Under the pieces are notes generated by a model. It had not been told where the DNA came from. It saw nothing but the letters and a program-made list of their open reading frames with translations, and did no database searches. The translations under genes were made by a program, and so were the position numbers. 64,000 nt of DNA from Thiotrichales bacterium (GTDB lineage Bacteria > Pseudomonadota > Gammaproteobacteria > UWMA-0217): positions 15,270 to 79,269 of the forward strand of contig JBHJOI010000027.1 of the NCBI GenBank assembly GCA_050329935.1, in the 5' to 3' direction. The stretch's first letter is position 1. Each line of letters begins with the position of its first letter. Positions 22,659 through 32,849 of the stretch are shown here, piece after piece.

Positions 22659-23573
22659 ATGTTTAGACAGCGCACGCTCAGAAACAGTATCAAGGCAACC
22701 GGCATCGGCTTGCATACCGGAGACAAGGTCGTACTGACCTTGCGTCCGGCGCCGGTGGATGTCGGTATCGTGTTTCGGCGTGTCGATCTCGCCGAACCGG
22801 TCGAGATCCCGGCCAAGGCCGAGTTCGTTGGCGATACGATGCTCTCATCGACCCTGATCAAGGACGGTGTCCGCATCTCGACCGTGGAGCACCTATTGTC
22901 GGCGCTGGCTGGACTTGGCATCGATAACCTGTATATCGATGTCAGCGCAGCCGAGGTGCCGATCATGGATGGAAGCGCCGGACCGTTCGTGTTTTTGCTG
23001 CAATCGGCGGGCATCCAGGAGCAGTCGGCGCTCAAGCGCTTTATTCGTATCAAGCGCAGTGTCGAGGTGCGCGAAGACGACAAGTGGGCGCGATTCGATC
23101 CGTTCAGCGGGTTCAAGGTGGGTTTTTGTATCGATTTCAAGCATCCCGCGTTTGGGGTCCCGAATCAGACCGCCGAGTTCAATTTCTCAACGACTTCGTT
23201 TGTGAAGGAGGTCAGTCGGGCGCGGACATTCGGTTTCATGCGCGACATCGAGATGCTGCGGGGGCGTCGACTGGCGCTGGGCGGTAGTCTCGACAACGCG
23301 GTCGTGCTTGATGATTATCGGATCCTCAACGAGGACGGTCTGCGGTACGAAAATGAGTTCGTCAAACACAAGATCCTCGATGCGATTGGTGATCTTTATC
23401 TTTTGGGGCATGGGTTGATCGGTGCGTTTCGTGGCTATAAATCCGGCCACGCGCTGAACAACAAGCTGCTGAGAACGTTGATCGCGGACAAATCCGCTTG
23501 GGAAGAGGTTACCTTCAAGGATAGCAAGACCGTGCCGATCTCGTACGCGACAGGCCTGGAGGTTGGTGTCTGA
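22659..23573 (+). CDS. lpxC: UDP-3-O-acyl-N-acetylglucosamine deacetylase
   Basis: 304 aa. [31 protein letters not shown] aligns with E. coli LpxC [31 protein letters not shown]. Confidence 0.96.
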   Translation: MFRQRTLRNSIKATGIGLHTGDKVVLTLRPAPVDVGIVFRRVDLAEPVEIPAKAEFVGDTMLSSTLIKDGVRISTVEHLLSALAGLGIDNLYIDVSAAEVPIMDGSAGPFVFLLQSAGIQEQSALKRFIRIKRSVEVREDDKWARFDPFSGFKVGFCIDFKHPAFGVPNQTAEFNFSTTSFVKEVSRARTFGFMRDIEMLRGRRLALGGSLDNAVVLDDYRILNEDGLRYENEFVKHKILDAIGDLYLLGHGLIGAFRGYKSGHALNNKLLRTLIADKSAWEEVTFKDSKTVPISYATGLEVGV

Positions 23574-23625
23574 GGGCTACCCGGGAGTCAAGAGTTTGAC
23601 GGTGGCTTAGCGAACGCGCATCGGT

Positions 23626-24042
23626 TCATTTGGGGGGGCTCGCGAGGCGCGCCGACAGAGTCCGCAGGAATGCTGAAGTCCTGCGACGCATTGCGGTAAC
23701 TTCCGTGTTTTCGTTTTGAACGAGCGGTCGGGGGGTGGGCCCGGGTTTGGCGTGCGCTCGGACCGTTGAGATCTCAATCGCGTGCCTTTCCGCCATTCTA
23801 CGAATCAGTTCGCGCTGGTGAAACAAGAGGTTGGTGCTCCAACTGTGATCGGTTACCAGAATTGATAGACAACCGTCGCTATAGTTTACGGATTGAACTT
23901 GGTCGGACAGAGGAGGTTGAAGGCAGTCGATCACCTGCCGTTTGAGGCGCTCGCTACGCTGCAATTGTTGTAACACTTGGCGCGGAAGCCAGTCGGCTGA
24001 ACGTTGCATAATAGTCAGAAAACCGTCGTTTCGTGTTGGCAT
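23626..24042 (-). CDS. DUF721 domain protein, DciA-like (putative replicative-helicase operator)
   Basis: 138 aa. ...LSILVTDHSWSTNLLFHQRELIRRMAE... resembles the DUF721/DciA core. It sits antisense between lpxC and secA, the same place such genes occupy in Pseudomonas and Xanthomonas. Start uncertain; an alternative M lies 33 nt downstream. Confidence 0.55.
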   Translation of the reverse strand: MPTRNDGFLTIMQRSADWLPRQVLQQLQRSERLKRQVIDCLQPPLSDQVQSVNYSDGCLSILVTDHSWSTNLLFHQRELIRRMAERHAIEISTVRAHAKPGPTPRPLVQNENTEVTAMRRRTSAFLRTLSARLASPPK

Positions 24043-24093
24043 TATGCCATGAGTTCGTTATCATCCAGCGGATAGCGAGCCAGGTGTAGTGTT

Positions 24094-25014
24094 ATGCAGT
24101 TACCTCGATTCAACAAGAGAGGCCATTCCTCGCGCTTCCGAAACGCGCAAGGAAGCTGGTGGTTCATCCCGCTCGCGGGGTTGAGCGTCGTGTCTTTAAT
24201 CACTGGAACCGCGGTCGCGGGTTACCTCATAGGCTCTTCAGCCATTCCACAGCAGCATTTAGTCAGTTTCCAGGAAAGCGTCCTGGAGCAACGCCTGTTA
24301 TTCGAAGACACCGAGCGTGACGTACAGGCGAACCTTGATGCACTTACACAACGGATCGGGCTCCTCCAGGCTCACGTCAACCGGCTGAATGCGCTCGGCT
24401 CAAAACTGGTCAGCGTCAGCAAGGTCAGTGCGAAGGAATTCGATTTCGTCGCGCAACCCGCGATGGGGGGGCCGTCCAGTGAGCTCTCCCCACTAGGCTT
24501 CGGCAGCGACGACATCAGTCGCGCCATGGAAAAGCTAGAATTGGCGCTGCTGGAAAAAGAGCAGCAGCTTCGGGTGCTCGATCAGATGATGTTGAGCGCG
24601 AAGGTCGAACGCGCAATCATGCCGCGTAGCATGCCAGTGGCCGCCGGTTACGTTTCATCCTCCTATGGTTACCGTAGCGATCCGTTCTCCGGGCGACGCG
24701 CATTTCATAGCGGTGTTGACTTCGCTGGTGCGCTGGGCACGCCAATTCTCGCGGCGGCGGGTGGCAAGGTCACGCGCTCCGAGTCGCATCCGGAGTACGG
24801 CAAGATGATCGAGATTGATCACAGCAACGGTTATACGACGCGTTATGCGCATGCGTCTGAATTGCTGGTCAAGGTCGGTGATGTCGTCAAGAAAGGTCAA
24901 GAGATCGCGAAGATGGGTAGCACGGGGCGCTCGACGGGGGTGCATCTCCACTTCGAGGTTCACAAGGAAAGCGAGCCCGTCAATCCGATGACTGTCTTGA
25001 ATGACAAGGAGTAA
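24094..25014 (+). CDS. M23 family metallopeptidase with N-terminal TM anchor and coiled-coil (EnvC/NlpD-like murein hydrolase activator or endopeptidase)
   Basis: 306 aa. C-terminal LytM/M23 motifs HSGVDFAG...GTPILAAAGGKV...IDHSNGYTTRYAH...GSTGRSTGVHLHFEV. TM helix WWFIPLAGLSVVSLITGTAVAGYLIG. Confidence 0.85.
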   Translation: MQLPRFNKRGHSSRFRNAQGSWWFIPLAGLSVVSLITGTAVAGYLIGSSAIPQQHLVSFQESVLEQRLLFEDTERDVQANLDALTQRIGLLQAHVNRLNALGSKLVSVSKVSAKEFDFVAQPAMGGPSSELSPLGFGSDDISRAMEKLELALLEKEQQLRVLDQMMLSAKVERAIMPRSMPVAAGYVSSSYGYRSDPFSGRRAFHSGVDFAGALGTPILAAAGGKVTRSESHPEYGKMIEIDHSNGYTTRYAHASELLVKVGDVVKKGQEIAKMGSTGRSTGVHLHFEVHKESEPVNPMTVLNDKE

Positions 25015-25041
25015 GATCTCGGCATTGCTTCGCTGAATCAA

Positions 25042-25061
25042 GGGCCGCAAGGCCCTTTTTT
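25042..25061 (+). terminator. Rho-independent terminator (GGGCC-GCAA-GGCCC plus T6) after the M23 peptidase gene
   Basis: Perfect 5-bp GC stem, GCAA tetraloop and a TTTTTT run 28 nt after the stop codon. Confidence 0.75.
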
Positions 25062-25178
25062 CGTTAGTGACTTGTATTCACATCGAGCTAGGACGCGCGA
25101 CCGTGGCGCGCCGCGTTAGTCGGTCTACTCAAACTACGCTATGATTACCGACCTTTGATATGGTCCAGCGCGGAAGCT

Positions 25179-27893
25179 ATGTTCGGAAAAGTCGCAAAAA
25201 TGTTGTTTGGGAGTCGCAACGACCGGTTGTTGCGGCAGTACCGCAAAATCGTGGAAGCGGTCAATCGGTACGAGTCCGAGTACGAGCGGTTTTCAGACGA
25301 ACAACTGAAGGCGAAGACAAACGAACTGAGCGCGCGCGCAATTGAGGGGGAGGCGCTCGAGACATTGATGCCGGAGGCGTTCGCGACGGTTCGCGAAGCG
25401 AGTCGGCGGGTGCTCGGCATGCGGCATTTCGATGTGCAGCTCATCGGCGCCATGGTGTTGAACGACGGCAAGATTGCCGAGATGCGCACCGGCGAGGGCA
25501 AGACGTTGATGGCGACCCTTGCGGTTTACCTCAACGCGCTTGAGCGTCGCGGTGTGCACGTCATTACCGTGAACGATTACCTTGCGCGCCGCGATGCGGA
25601 ATGGATGGGGCGGCTGTACCGCTTCCTCGGCCTCAGCGTCGGGGTCATCGTCAATGGCTTAAACCACGAGGAACGGCAACAGGCCTACCGAGCTGATATC
25701 ACCTACGGCACCAACAACGAATTCGGTTTTGATTACCTACGCGACAACATGGCGTTTTCGCTGGAGAGCCGCGTCCAGCGGGGGCTCAACTTCGCGATTG
25801 TTGACGAGGTGGACTCGATTCTAATCGACGAGGCAAGAACGCCGCTGATTATCTCGGGGCCAACCAACGAAACGTCGGAGCTCTACATCGCGGTCAACAA
25901 GGTAGTGCCTCGCCTGACGCGCCAGGAAAGCGAAGACGGACCCGGAGACTATAGCGTCGATGAAAAGGCGAAGCAGGCTTACCTGACCGAGGAAGGCAAC
26001 GACCACGTCGAGCAGCTCCTGATTGAAGACGGTCTGCTCAAGGAGGGTGAGAGTCTTTACGACCCCGCTTATCTAACACTGTTGCACCATTTGGGTGCCG
26101 CACTGCGCGCGCATGCGCTGTTCAACCGCGATGTTGAATACATCGTTCGCAATCGCGAGGTGATCATCGTCGATGAGTTCACTGGCCGCACCATGCCGGG
26201 ACGGCGGTGGTCGGACGGCTTGCACCAGGCGATCGAGGCCAAGGAAGGCGTGACGATCCAGCCCGAGAACCACACGCTGGCGTCAATTACGTTTCAGAAC
26301 TATTTCCGACTTTACAAAAAGCTATCGGGGATGACTGGCACCGCCGATACCGAGGCCTACGAGTTTCAGCAGATCTACAATCTCGAGGTTGTCGTCATTC
26401 CGACCCATCGTCCGATGGTGCGGCAGGACTTCAACGATCTGATCTACCTGAACAAGCAAGGCAAGTTCAACGCCATCATCGCTGACATCAAACACTGCGT
26501 CGGGCACGGTCAGCCGGTATTGGTGGGAACCACCTCGATCGAGACCTCAGAGCATCTGTCCGACATTCTCAAAAAGGAGAAGATCGAGCATCAGGTGTTG
26601 AACGCGAAACAGCACGAGCGCGAGGCGCAGGTGGTCGCGCAAGCGGGGCGTCCCGGCGCGGTCACGATTGCGACGAACATGGCGGGTCGCGGCACCGACA
26701 TCGTGCTTGGCGGCAGTCTTGACTCAGATCTTGCGGCGCTGGGCGAGGATCCGAGCGCGGCGGCGCATGATGAGGTTCGCGCGAATTGGCAACGTCAACA
26801 CGACACGGTCGTTGCGTCCGGCGGCTTGCACATTATCGGTACCGAGCGGCATGAGTCGCGTCGGATCGACAACCAGTTGCGCGGTCGTTCGGGTCGTCAG
26901 GGTGATCCAGGTTCGACGCGGTTCTATCTATCGCTTGAAGATAACTTGATGCGCATTTTCGCATCCGATCGGATGCGTAGCCTGATGCAAAAATTCGGCA
27001 TGCAGGAAGACGAGGCAATAGAGAACTCGTTGGTGACGCGCTCGATTGAAAATGCCCAACGCAAGGTTGAGGCGTATAACTTCGATATTCGGAAGAACCT
27101 GCTCGAATACGACGATGTTGCGAATGACCAGCGTAAGGTCGTCTACCAGCAGCGTGATGAATTGCTGTCGGCCGAGGATATCGCAGAAACGATCAAGGAT
27201 ATTCGCGCCGACGTGGTTTCCAGCACCTGCGCGACCTTCATACCGCCCGGCAGCATGGAGGAGCAATGGAATGTCTCGGGTCTTCAGCAAACCTTGATCG
27301 ACGAATTCGGGCTCGATTTGCCGATCCAGCAGTGGCTGGATGAAGATCATTCTCTGCATGAGGAAACGCTGGTGCAGCGGGTAGTCACGGCCGCGCAAGA
27401 GGTGGCCGAGGGCAAGGACGCGTTGTTCGGACCGGAACTCATGCGCAGGGTCGAGAAGGACTTGATGTTGCAGGTGTTGGACAATCACTGGAAAGAACAC
27501 CTCGCGGCGATGGATTACTTGCGTCAAGGCATCGGTTTGAGAGGCTACGCGGCCAAGAACCCGAAACAGGAATACAAACGCGAAGCGTTCGAGATGTTCG
27601 AGGCGTTGCTCGGACGGATCAAGCACGATGTGGTCGGATACTTGTTGCGTATGCAGCCTACCAGCGTCGAAACGCTGCCGCAGCGGCCGGTCGAGGAGCC
27701 GGCACAAGTCAAGATGCAATACCAGCATCCAGAGGCCGAAAGTCCGCTCGTGGGGGCCGAACCCGGCACTGGCGCAGGGGAACTGCCGCCCGAGGAGCCG
27801 TTCCGGCGTGAGGGTGACAAGGTCGGCCGCAATGATCCCTGCCCATGCGGCTCGGGCAAGAAGTATAAACACTGCCACGGCAAACTCGTCTGA
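25179..27893 (+). CDS. secA: Preprotein translocase ATPase SecA
   Basis: [23 protein letters not shown] aligns with E. coli SecA [23 protein letters not shown]. DEAD-like motor motifs and the C-terminal zinc-binding [14 protein letters not shown] tail are present. Start shifted 24 nt downstream of the ORF-track start by that alignment. Confidence 0.95.
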   Translation: MFGKVAKMLFGSRNDRLLRQYRKIVEAVNRYESEYERFSDEQLKAKTNELSARAIEGEALETLMPEAFATVREASRRVLGMRHFDVQLIGAMVLNDGKIAEMRTGEGKTLMATLAVYLNALERRGVHVITVNDYLARRDAEWMGRLYRFLGLSVGVIVNGLNHEERQQAYRADITYGTNNEFGFDYLRDNMAFSLESRVQRGLNFAIVDEVDSILIDEARTPLIISGPTNETSELYIAVNKVVPRLTRQESEDGPGDYSVDEKAKQAYLTEEGNDHVEQLLIEDGLLKEGESLYDPAYLTLLHHLGAALRAHALFNRDVEYIVRNREVIIVDEFTGRTMPGRRWSDGLHQAIEAKEGVTIQPENHTLASITFQNYFRLYKKLSGMTGTADTEAYEFQQIYNLEVVVIPTHRPMVRQDFNDLIYLNKQGKFNAIIADIKHCVGHGQPVLVGTTSIETSEHLSDILKKEKIEHQVLNAKQHEREAQVVAQAGRPGAVTIATNMAGRGTDIVLGGSLDSDLAALGEDPSAAAHDEVRANWQRQHDTVVASGGLHIIGTERHESRRIDNQLRGRSGRQGDPGSTRFYLSLEDNLMRIFASDRMRSLMQKFGMQEDEAIENSLVTRSIENAQRKVEAYNFDIRKNLLEYDDVANDQRKVVYQQRDELLSAEDIAETIKDIRADVVSSTCATFIPPGSMEEQWNVSGLQQTLIDEFGLDLPIQQWLDEDHSLHEETLVQRVVTAAQEVAEGKDALFGPELMRRVEKDLMLQVLDNHWKEHLAAMDYLRQGIGLRGYAAKNPKQEYKREAFEMFEALLGRIKHDVVGYLLRMQPTSVETLPQRPVEEPAQVKMQYQHPEAESPLVGAEPGTGAGELPPEEPFRREGDKVGRNDPCPCGSGKKYKHCHGKLV

Positions 27894-27905
27894 GGTGTAA
27901 TACGT

Positions 27906-29117
27906 ATGGCTGTAGGCCTGAACGCGCCTGAATCGTTAATGGCCGTCGCGGGCGTGCGACTCGCTGTCGCCGCCGCCGGAATCCGGTACCGCAATCGTAA
28001 CGACGTGGTGCTGATCGAGCTTGCGCGCGGCAGCGAAACCGCGGTGGTATTCACCCAGAACAAGTTCTGCGCGGCGCCCATCCAGGTCGCCAAGACGCAT
28101 TTGACACAAGCGCCGACGCGCTACCTGCTGATCAACGCGGGTAACGCGAATGCCGGCACCGGCAGCGCCGGCATCGAGGATGCGAAGTCGAGTTGCGGTC
28201 TGGTTGCCGGGCTGGCTGACGTCGTGCCCGAATCCGTGCTGCCATTTTCCACTGGCGTCATCGGTGAGCGCCTGCCGTTGGACCGATTGAGCGGCGCGTT
28301 ACCCGATCTGCTTCGGCAGTTGACTACGGATGCCTGGCTGGACGCGGCGCGAACGATCATGACCACCGATACGCTTCCTAAAGGCGCCAGTCGCCGGGTC
28401 GAGCTTTCCGGCGGAGTCGTGACGATCACCGGGATCGCGAAGGGTGCTGGCATGATCTGTCCCAATATGGCGACCATGCTGGGGTTTATCGCGACCGATG
28501 CGCTCGTCGACCCGCAACAACTCGATGCCTTGTTGGTCGATCTGGCTGAAGAGAGCTTCAATTGCATAACGATCGACGGCGATACCTCCACCAACGATGC
28601 CTGTGTTCTGATCGCGACCGGAGCGAGCGAGGTGCGCCCGATGCTCGTGGCGGATGCGGCGCGGTTTCGCGCGGCGTTACGTGAGATCTTCCTGGAGTTA
28701 AGTCACGCCATTGTGCGCGACGCCGAGGGCGCCAACAAATTCATTACCTTGCGAGTGGAGCAGGCACGCACCTACCAAGAGGCGAAGGCCGTGGCCTACA
28801 CCGTTGCCCACTCGCCGTTGGTCAAGACCGCGCTCTACGCCAGCGATCCCAATTGGGGGCGCATACTTGCGGCCGTGGGTCGCGCGCCCGTGGTTGATCT
28901 GGCAATGCAGCGGATCGATATCTGGTTGGGCGCCGAGCCGTTGATCGTGGCGGGCGAGCCCGCCATGAGTTACACCGAAGCGAAGGGACAGGCGGTCGTG
29001 CAACAGCCCGAGATCCAGATTCGCATCGCACTTGGGCGCGGCGATGCCGCGGCTACCGTCTGGACCTCGGATCTGTCGCACGAATACGTGTCGGTCAACG
29101 CCTCCTATCGATCCTGA
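27906..29117 (+). CDS. argJ: Bifunctional glutamate N-acetyltransferase / amino-acid acetyltransferase ArgJ
   Basis: 403 aa. Self-cleavage and active-site motif ATMLGFIATDA; position after secA as in Pseudomonas. Confidence 0.93.
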   Translation: MAVGLNAPESLMAVAGVRLAVAAAGIRYRNRNDVVLIELARGSETAVVFTQNKFCAAPIQVAKTHLTQAPTRYLLINAGNANAGTGSAGIEDAKSSCGLVAGLADVVPESVLPFSTGVIGERLPLDRLSGALPDLLRQLTTDAWLDAARTIMTTDTLPKGASRRVELSGGVVTITGIAKGAGMICPNMATMLGFIATDALVDPQQLDALLVDLAEESFNCITIDGDTSTNDACVLIATGASEVRPMLVADAARFRAALREIFLELSHAIVRDAEGANKFITLRVEQARTYQEAKAVAYTVAHSPLVKTALYASDPNWGRILAAVGRAPVVDLAMQRIDIWLGAEPLIVAGEPAMSYTEAKGQAVVQQPEIQIRIALGRGDAAATVWTSDLSHEYVSVNASYRS

Positions 29118-29127
29118 CCTCGGGGCC

Positions 29128-30066
29128 ATGAGCGCCTCGTGTCTGCACGTCGCGGTTGGCGCTATCGTCGATCATCGGCGGGTGTTGATTAGTCGGCGTG
29201 CGGCCCACCTGCATCAGGGCGGTTTGTGGGAGTTTCCGGGCGGTAAGCTGGAAGCTGGCGAGACCGTTCTGGATGCATTGACGCGCGAACTCAATGAAGA
29301 ATTGGGCATCACGCTCACCGATGCGCGACCGTTGATCCGTGTGCGTCATAGCTATCCGGAGCACGAGGTGTTGCTCGATGTCTGGAAGGTCGTTGGCTTC
29401 ACGGGCACGCCGGTACACTGCGAGTTGCAGCCGTTAAGTTGGGTTGACCGCTCGACGTTACGCGATTACGCCTTTCCCCCCGCCAACTTGCCAATCATCT
29501 CGGCGCTCGAACTGCCCGAGCGGTGTGCGATCACGCCCGTTGAGAATGTTGCTGGTGACTGGCTGGTGGAACACTGTTGTCGTCTCGAACGCGGGGATTT
29601 GCTGTTGCTGCGCCAACCGCATCGCGATCCACGCGCGTATCAAGCCTTTGCACGCGAAGTGGTGCCCAAGCTGAACACACTGGGCCTGCGTGTGATGTTG
29701 ACGTCGACGCGGGACGCGGTTGAGGCACTAGGAGCCGCGGGTTTGCATCTTAATCGCCAGCGACTGCGCGCCGAGTCTTCGCTACGCCGAGGGTTCGGCG
29801 GGCTGCTCTCGGCTGCCTGCCACGATGCGGTTGAGCTCGCGCTCGCCGAGCAAGTGGGTGTGGATTTCGCGTTGTTGTCTCCCGTATTGCCGACCCCGAG
29901 TCACCCCGGCGCGGATCCTCTCGGTTGGGCTAGCTTCCGGGGGCTCACCGATCGCGCCGCATTCCCGGTGTACGCTTTGGGCGGCATGAAAGCGTCGGAC
30001 CAGACCCATGCCTGGCAACACGGCGCCCAGGGCGTGGCGGGTATCAGCATGTTCTGGGGCGACTGA
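29128..30066 (+). CDS. mutT: Fusion protein: NUDIX 8-oxo-dGTP diphosphatase (MutT) N-terminal domain plus thiamine-phosphate-synthase-like (TenI/ThiE-fold) C-terminal domain
   Basis: Nudix box GGKLEAGETVLDALTRELNEELGI in the first 130 aa. The C-terminal about 180 aa (LHLNRQ...DFALLSPVLPT...YALGGM) resembles ThiE/TenI. Start placed at M33 of the ORF-track ORF, immediately after the argJ stop. The architecture is as in Pseudomonas. Confidence 0.8.
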   Translation: MSASCLHVAVGAIVDHRRVLISRRAAHLHQGGLWEFPGGKLEAGETVLDALTRELNEELGITLTDARPLIRVRHSYPEHEVLLDVWKVVGFTGTPVHCELQPLSWVDRSTLRDYAFPPANLPIISALELPERCAITPVENVAGDWLVEHCCRLERGDLLLLRQPHRDPRAYQAFAREVVPKLNTLGLRVMLTSTRDAVEALGAAGLHLNRQRLRAESSLRRGFGGLLSAACHDAVELALAEQVGVDFALLSPVLPTPSHPGADPLGWASFRGLTDRAAFPVYALGGMKASDQTHAWQHGAQGVAGISMFWGD

Positions 30067-30107
30067 GCCCCGTGCGCCTGCCGCGGCAGACGCACGGGGT
30101 CGAAGCG

Positions 30108-30887
30108 CTAAAGCGTGCAGTTCATCAGATCGAAGTCAACGCGCGCATCGTCTTGGCGCGGACGCTTGGCGAACTCCAGCGGTTCGAAAAAGCGGATACT
30201 GAGGCGATGTTTTCCGCCGCTGATCTCGGGAAAACAGGTCGCGTTGGTAGGTAGCCAAAGTCGAATCATTTGCACGGGCGCGGCCGTATCGAGTGCGCGT
30301 TCGTAATATCCGTGCTCGGCGCAGAGCGACTCGATCGGGTTGTTATTGCGGATCAGCGCCAAAATCGTCGCGACCGCGACGTTGAGGTGCTCGAATGGCG
30401 CGATCCACTTCTGGAGCTCATCCTGTCGCTGCGCCATGGGTAGCTGCAGCCAATAGTGATACAGCGGCAGGTCGAACGAGTTCAAACCGCCCGGAATCGA
30501 ATTGCGTTGCCGGATCGCATTGAAAAAGTCGTGATTGACGAGGTGTGCCACAATTTGGCCGCCGAGCCGGTTGACGTGCAAGGTCAGGTCATGCAGCCGA
30601 CGCTTTTGTTGCTCAAGCACGGCGCGCTCGTCCGTCCCGGTCGCCGCCGTCAGTCGCTTGTCGAGGCTAACCTTGAGTCGATCAAACTCACGCAGGACGT
30701 CTCCCTTTAGGTCGACGCGAGAGGTGAGGTCGAACAAATCGAGCAGTACCCGTATCGACGATTCCGTCTCCCATAAGGTCAAATGCTGGGTGTAGGCATC
30801 GAAGCGCGACATGAGTTGCTCGAAGCGCAAGAACAAACGAGCCGTCTTGCTGAACGGATACTCATAACAAATCGTTTCGTTCGATGC
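30108..30887 (-). CDS. zapD: Cell division protein ZapD (YacF)
   Basis: MASNETICYEYPFSKTARLFLRFEQL... aligns along its length with E. coli ZapD ([24 protein letters not shown]...GGCCSFDLP...ISGHKSRFAIRF). Start moved to M26 of the ORF-track ORF, 259 aa. Confidence 0.85.
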   Translation of the reverse strand, partial: ASNETICYEYPFSKTARLFLRFEQLMSRFDAYTQHLTLWETESSIRVLLDLFDLTSRVDLKGDVLREFDRLKVSLDKRLTAATGTDERAVLEQQKRRLHDLTLHVNRLGGQIVAHLVNHDFFNAIRQRNSIPGGLNSFDLPLYHYWLQLPMAQRQDELQKWIAPFEHLNVAVATILALIRNNNPIESLCAEHGYYERALDTAAPVQMIRLWLPTNATCFPEISGGKHRLSIRFFEPLEFAKRPRQDDARVDFDLMNCTL

Positions 30888-31547
30888 CATCCGTTGCTTT
30901 ATTACTGGGGTCAACACGTAAAAGTCAGTCGCTTTGCCATAGGAATCGACCGCCATGCACACTCCGCGTGGCGGATTCGCGGCCTGCCCGGCCCGATTCT
31001 TGAAGAACCTGCCGTTTCAGATTACGCAGTCTCACTGAGTACATCATGAATATCAAGACGCTGACGTGGCGCGACATGACGTGAGCGTGTCGGACGCACC
31101 GACCGGGCGATGGCGGCGCATACGACACTGCTTCCTCGACCCGCCATGTTCTTCTCGCCCAGGCAAGCCCTTTGTGGACGAGAGCGCGCCTTTTGGCGAC
31201 GAGACGATGGATCAAGCGGTTCTTTGCGCGCAAAATGTGAAGCAGTTCGTGAGCGCGAGCCCTCAATCGGAATAGGCTACACCTAACCGTCGTTCCAGCG
31301 GCAATACAGACCGTAACGGCGTGGAGACGTGAGCGTCCCGATTGCGCCGCACGCCAATAAAAAAGTATGAAGAACTCAGGAGACCTCCATGCCTCAATGC
31401 AGCGGCATTCTCGACGCGCGCGTGTGCGCGCACCATAACCTCTCGCTTTCCACCGACCTGCCTCCTGTCACGGCGATCGCGCGGGATAATGATCCCCGAG
31501 CGCGCTTCCGTGCATGTTCTTCGTATCGCGGCTCGCCGAGTTCGAGT

Positions 31548-32597
31548 TTGTTGCAGCGCGCGGCGCGTGTCGCGACCTTGGCGTTGTGCGTTGCCTGTGC
31601 TCAATCAGCCATGGCGGGTGATCGCCCCTGGTACGTCGGCGCGGGCGTCGGGGTCAGCAAGCTTGAGCCTGACACGAGCGGCACTGCTCTGCGGGTGACC
31701 GACGATACCGATACCGGATACAAAATCAGCGTCGGCAAGGAGCTGACGGACCGGGTCGCGGTCGAGGCATTTGGCGGTAATCTGGGTTCGGCGGAGATCG
31801 CGCCAATGAGTTCCGTGGACTACCAGTTCTACGGGGTTGCGCTGCAATATGCGCTGCCGCATAACAATGAAGGCCTTTCGGCGCATCTGAAAGGTGGCGT
31901 CGTTGCCCTCGATGTCGATTCCAATCTGCCGGTCGACATCGATAAGGACGCCCGCGCCTTTGCCGGAATTGGTGTCGACTATCAGTTTCCCGAAGGCATC
32001 ACGCTGCGTGGTGAGTACGAGCACTTCGCAAAGGACGCCCAGTTACTGTCGTTCAATCTGATCAAGAAATTCGGCGTCGAGCGCCAGGCACGCGAAACCG
32101 TCGTGCCAGCGGCACGCGTGGAGCAGCGACATGTGCAGGAAGTGCTTGAGGACGGTGACCGCGACGGCGTGCCAGATGTGCGCGACAAGTGTTTGAATAC
32201 CCCCGCGGGTGCCAGCGTCAGCGCCTATGGGTGCCCGATTTTTCTAGGCACTCTGTCTGATATCGACGTCGACGCGCGCGGCGCGCTAACCTCGCAATCC
32301 AAGGCGACGCTCGACGGAATCGCGCGGGAAATGCGTTTTTACCCGGACCATACATTTTTTGTGGTCGGTCACGCCGACAACTTCGGCGGCGCGCAGGCGA
32401 GCAAGACCCGTTCGGTCACGTGGGCGAAAGCGGTCGCGCAATATCTGTCCGATCGGGGCGTTGATCCGCGAAATCTGCGCTTTGGCGGCTATGGCGATGC
32501 GCGCCCCCGAGCCTCGAACGAAACCGCTGAAGGAAGGGCGATGAATCGTCGCGTTGAGATTCTGCCCGCGTCGAGGCCGATCGAGGTGCGTGACTGA
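31548..32597 (+). CDS. OmpA/OprF-family outer-membrane protein: N-terminal 8-strand beta-barrel, thrombospondin type-3 (Ca-binding) Cys-containing linker, C-terminal OmpA peptidoglycan-binding domain
   Basis: Signal peptide ...RAARVATLALCVACAQSAMA|GD. Barrel motif PWYVGAGVGVS. TSP3 repeat DGDRDGVPDVRDKCLNTPAGASVSAYGCP. OmpA_C motifs FVVGHADNFG...NRRVEI. Start is uncertain: a TTG at 31548 or 31551 immediately precedes the signal peptide, while the ORF-track ATG at 31389 adds an implausible 53 aa. Confidence 0.75.
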   Translation: MLQRAARVATLALCVACAQSAMAGDRPWYVGAGVGVSKLEPDTSGTALRVTDDTDTGYKISVGKELTDRVAVEAFGGNLGSAEIAPMSSVDYQFYGVALQYALPHNNEGLSAHLKGGVVALDVDSNLPVDIDKDARAFAGIGVDYQFPEGITLRGEYEHFAKDAQLLSFNLIKKFGVERQARETVVPAARVEQRHVQEVLEDGDRDGVPDVRDKCLNTPAGASVSAYGCPIFLGTLSDIDVDARGALTSQSKATLDGIAREMRFYPDHTFFVVGHADNFGGAQASKTRSVTWAKAVAQYLSDRGVDPRNLRFGGYGDARPRASNETAEGRAMNRRVEILPASRPIEVRD

Positions 32598-32849
32598 TCG
32601 GGCTCTCGACTGACCGGCCCGTAGGGCTCGTCGCGAAACGGCGGCTTGCGCGCACGAGCCGTCGGTGGTTTGGGTTGGACTGCTACTCGAATCACCGCCG
32701 GCTTGCTCGAAACCTTCCCCCCAAGAACGCGCGTTCGCTGGCACGCGACGCTTCGCGAGCCTCGCGCGGAAAAGTTCTGGTTGTCGTCACGCGTTGCCCT
32801 GTCTCGCCGGGGCGCCGATAATCGAATTTTGATGGTCGGAGCTGGCGAC

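Noticed and set aside
29901-30254. Small ORFs 29901..30095(-) and 30072..30254(+) in and around the mutT-zapD gap, examined as possible yacG
   Set aside because: YacG is a roughly 60-aa zinc finger with a CPxC...C...C pattern. Neither translation has it, and both overlap the well-supported mutT or zapD reading frames.
30925-31604. ORFs 30925..31266(-), 31066..31275(+) and 31263..31604(-) in the gene-free stretch upstream of zapD, examined as possible coaE or a small gene
   Set aside because: No P-loop, no dephospho-CoA kinase motifs, highly basic low-complexity sequence; no Shine-Dalgarno support.
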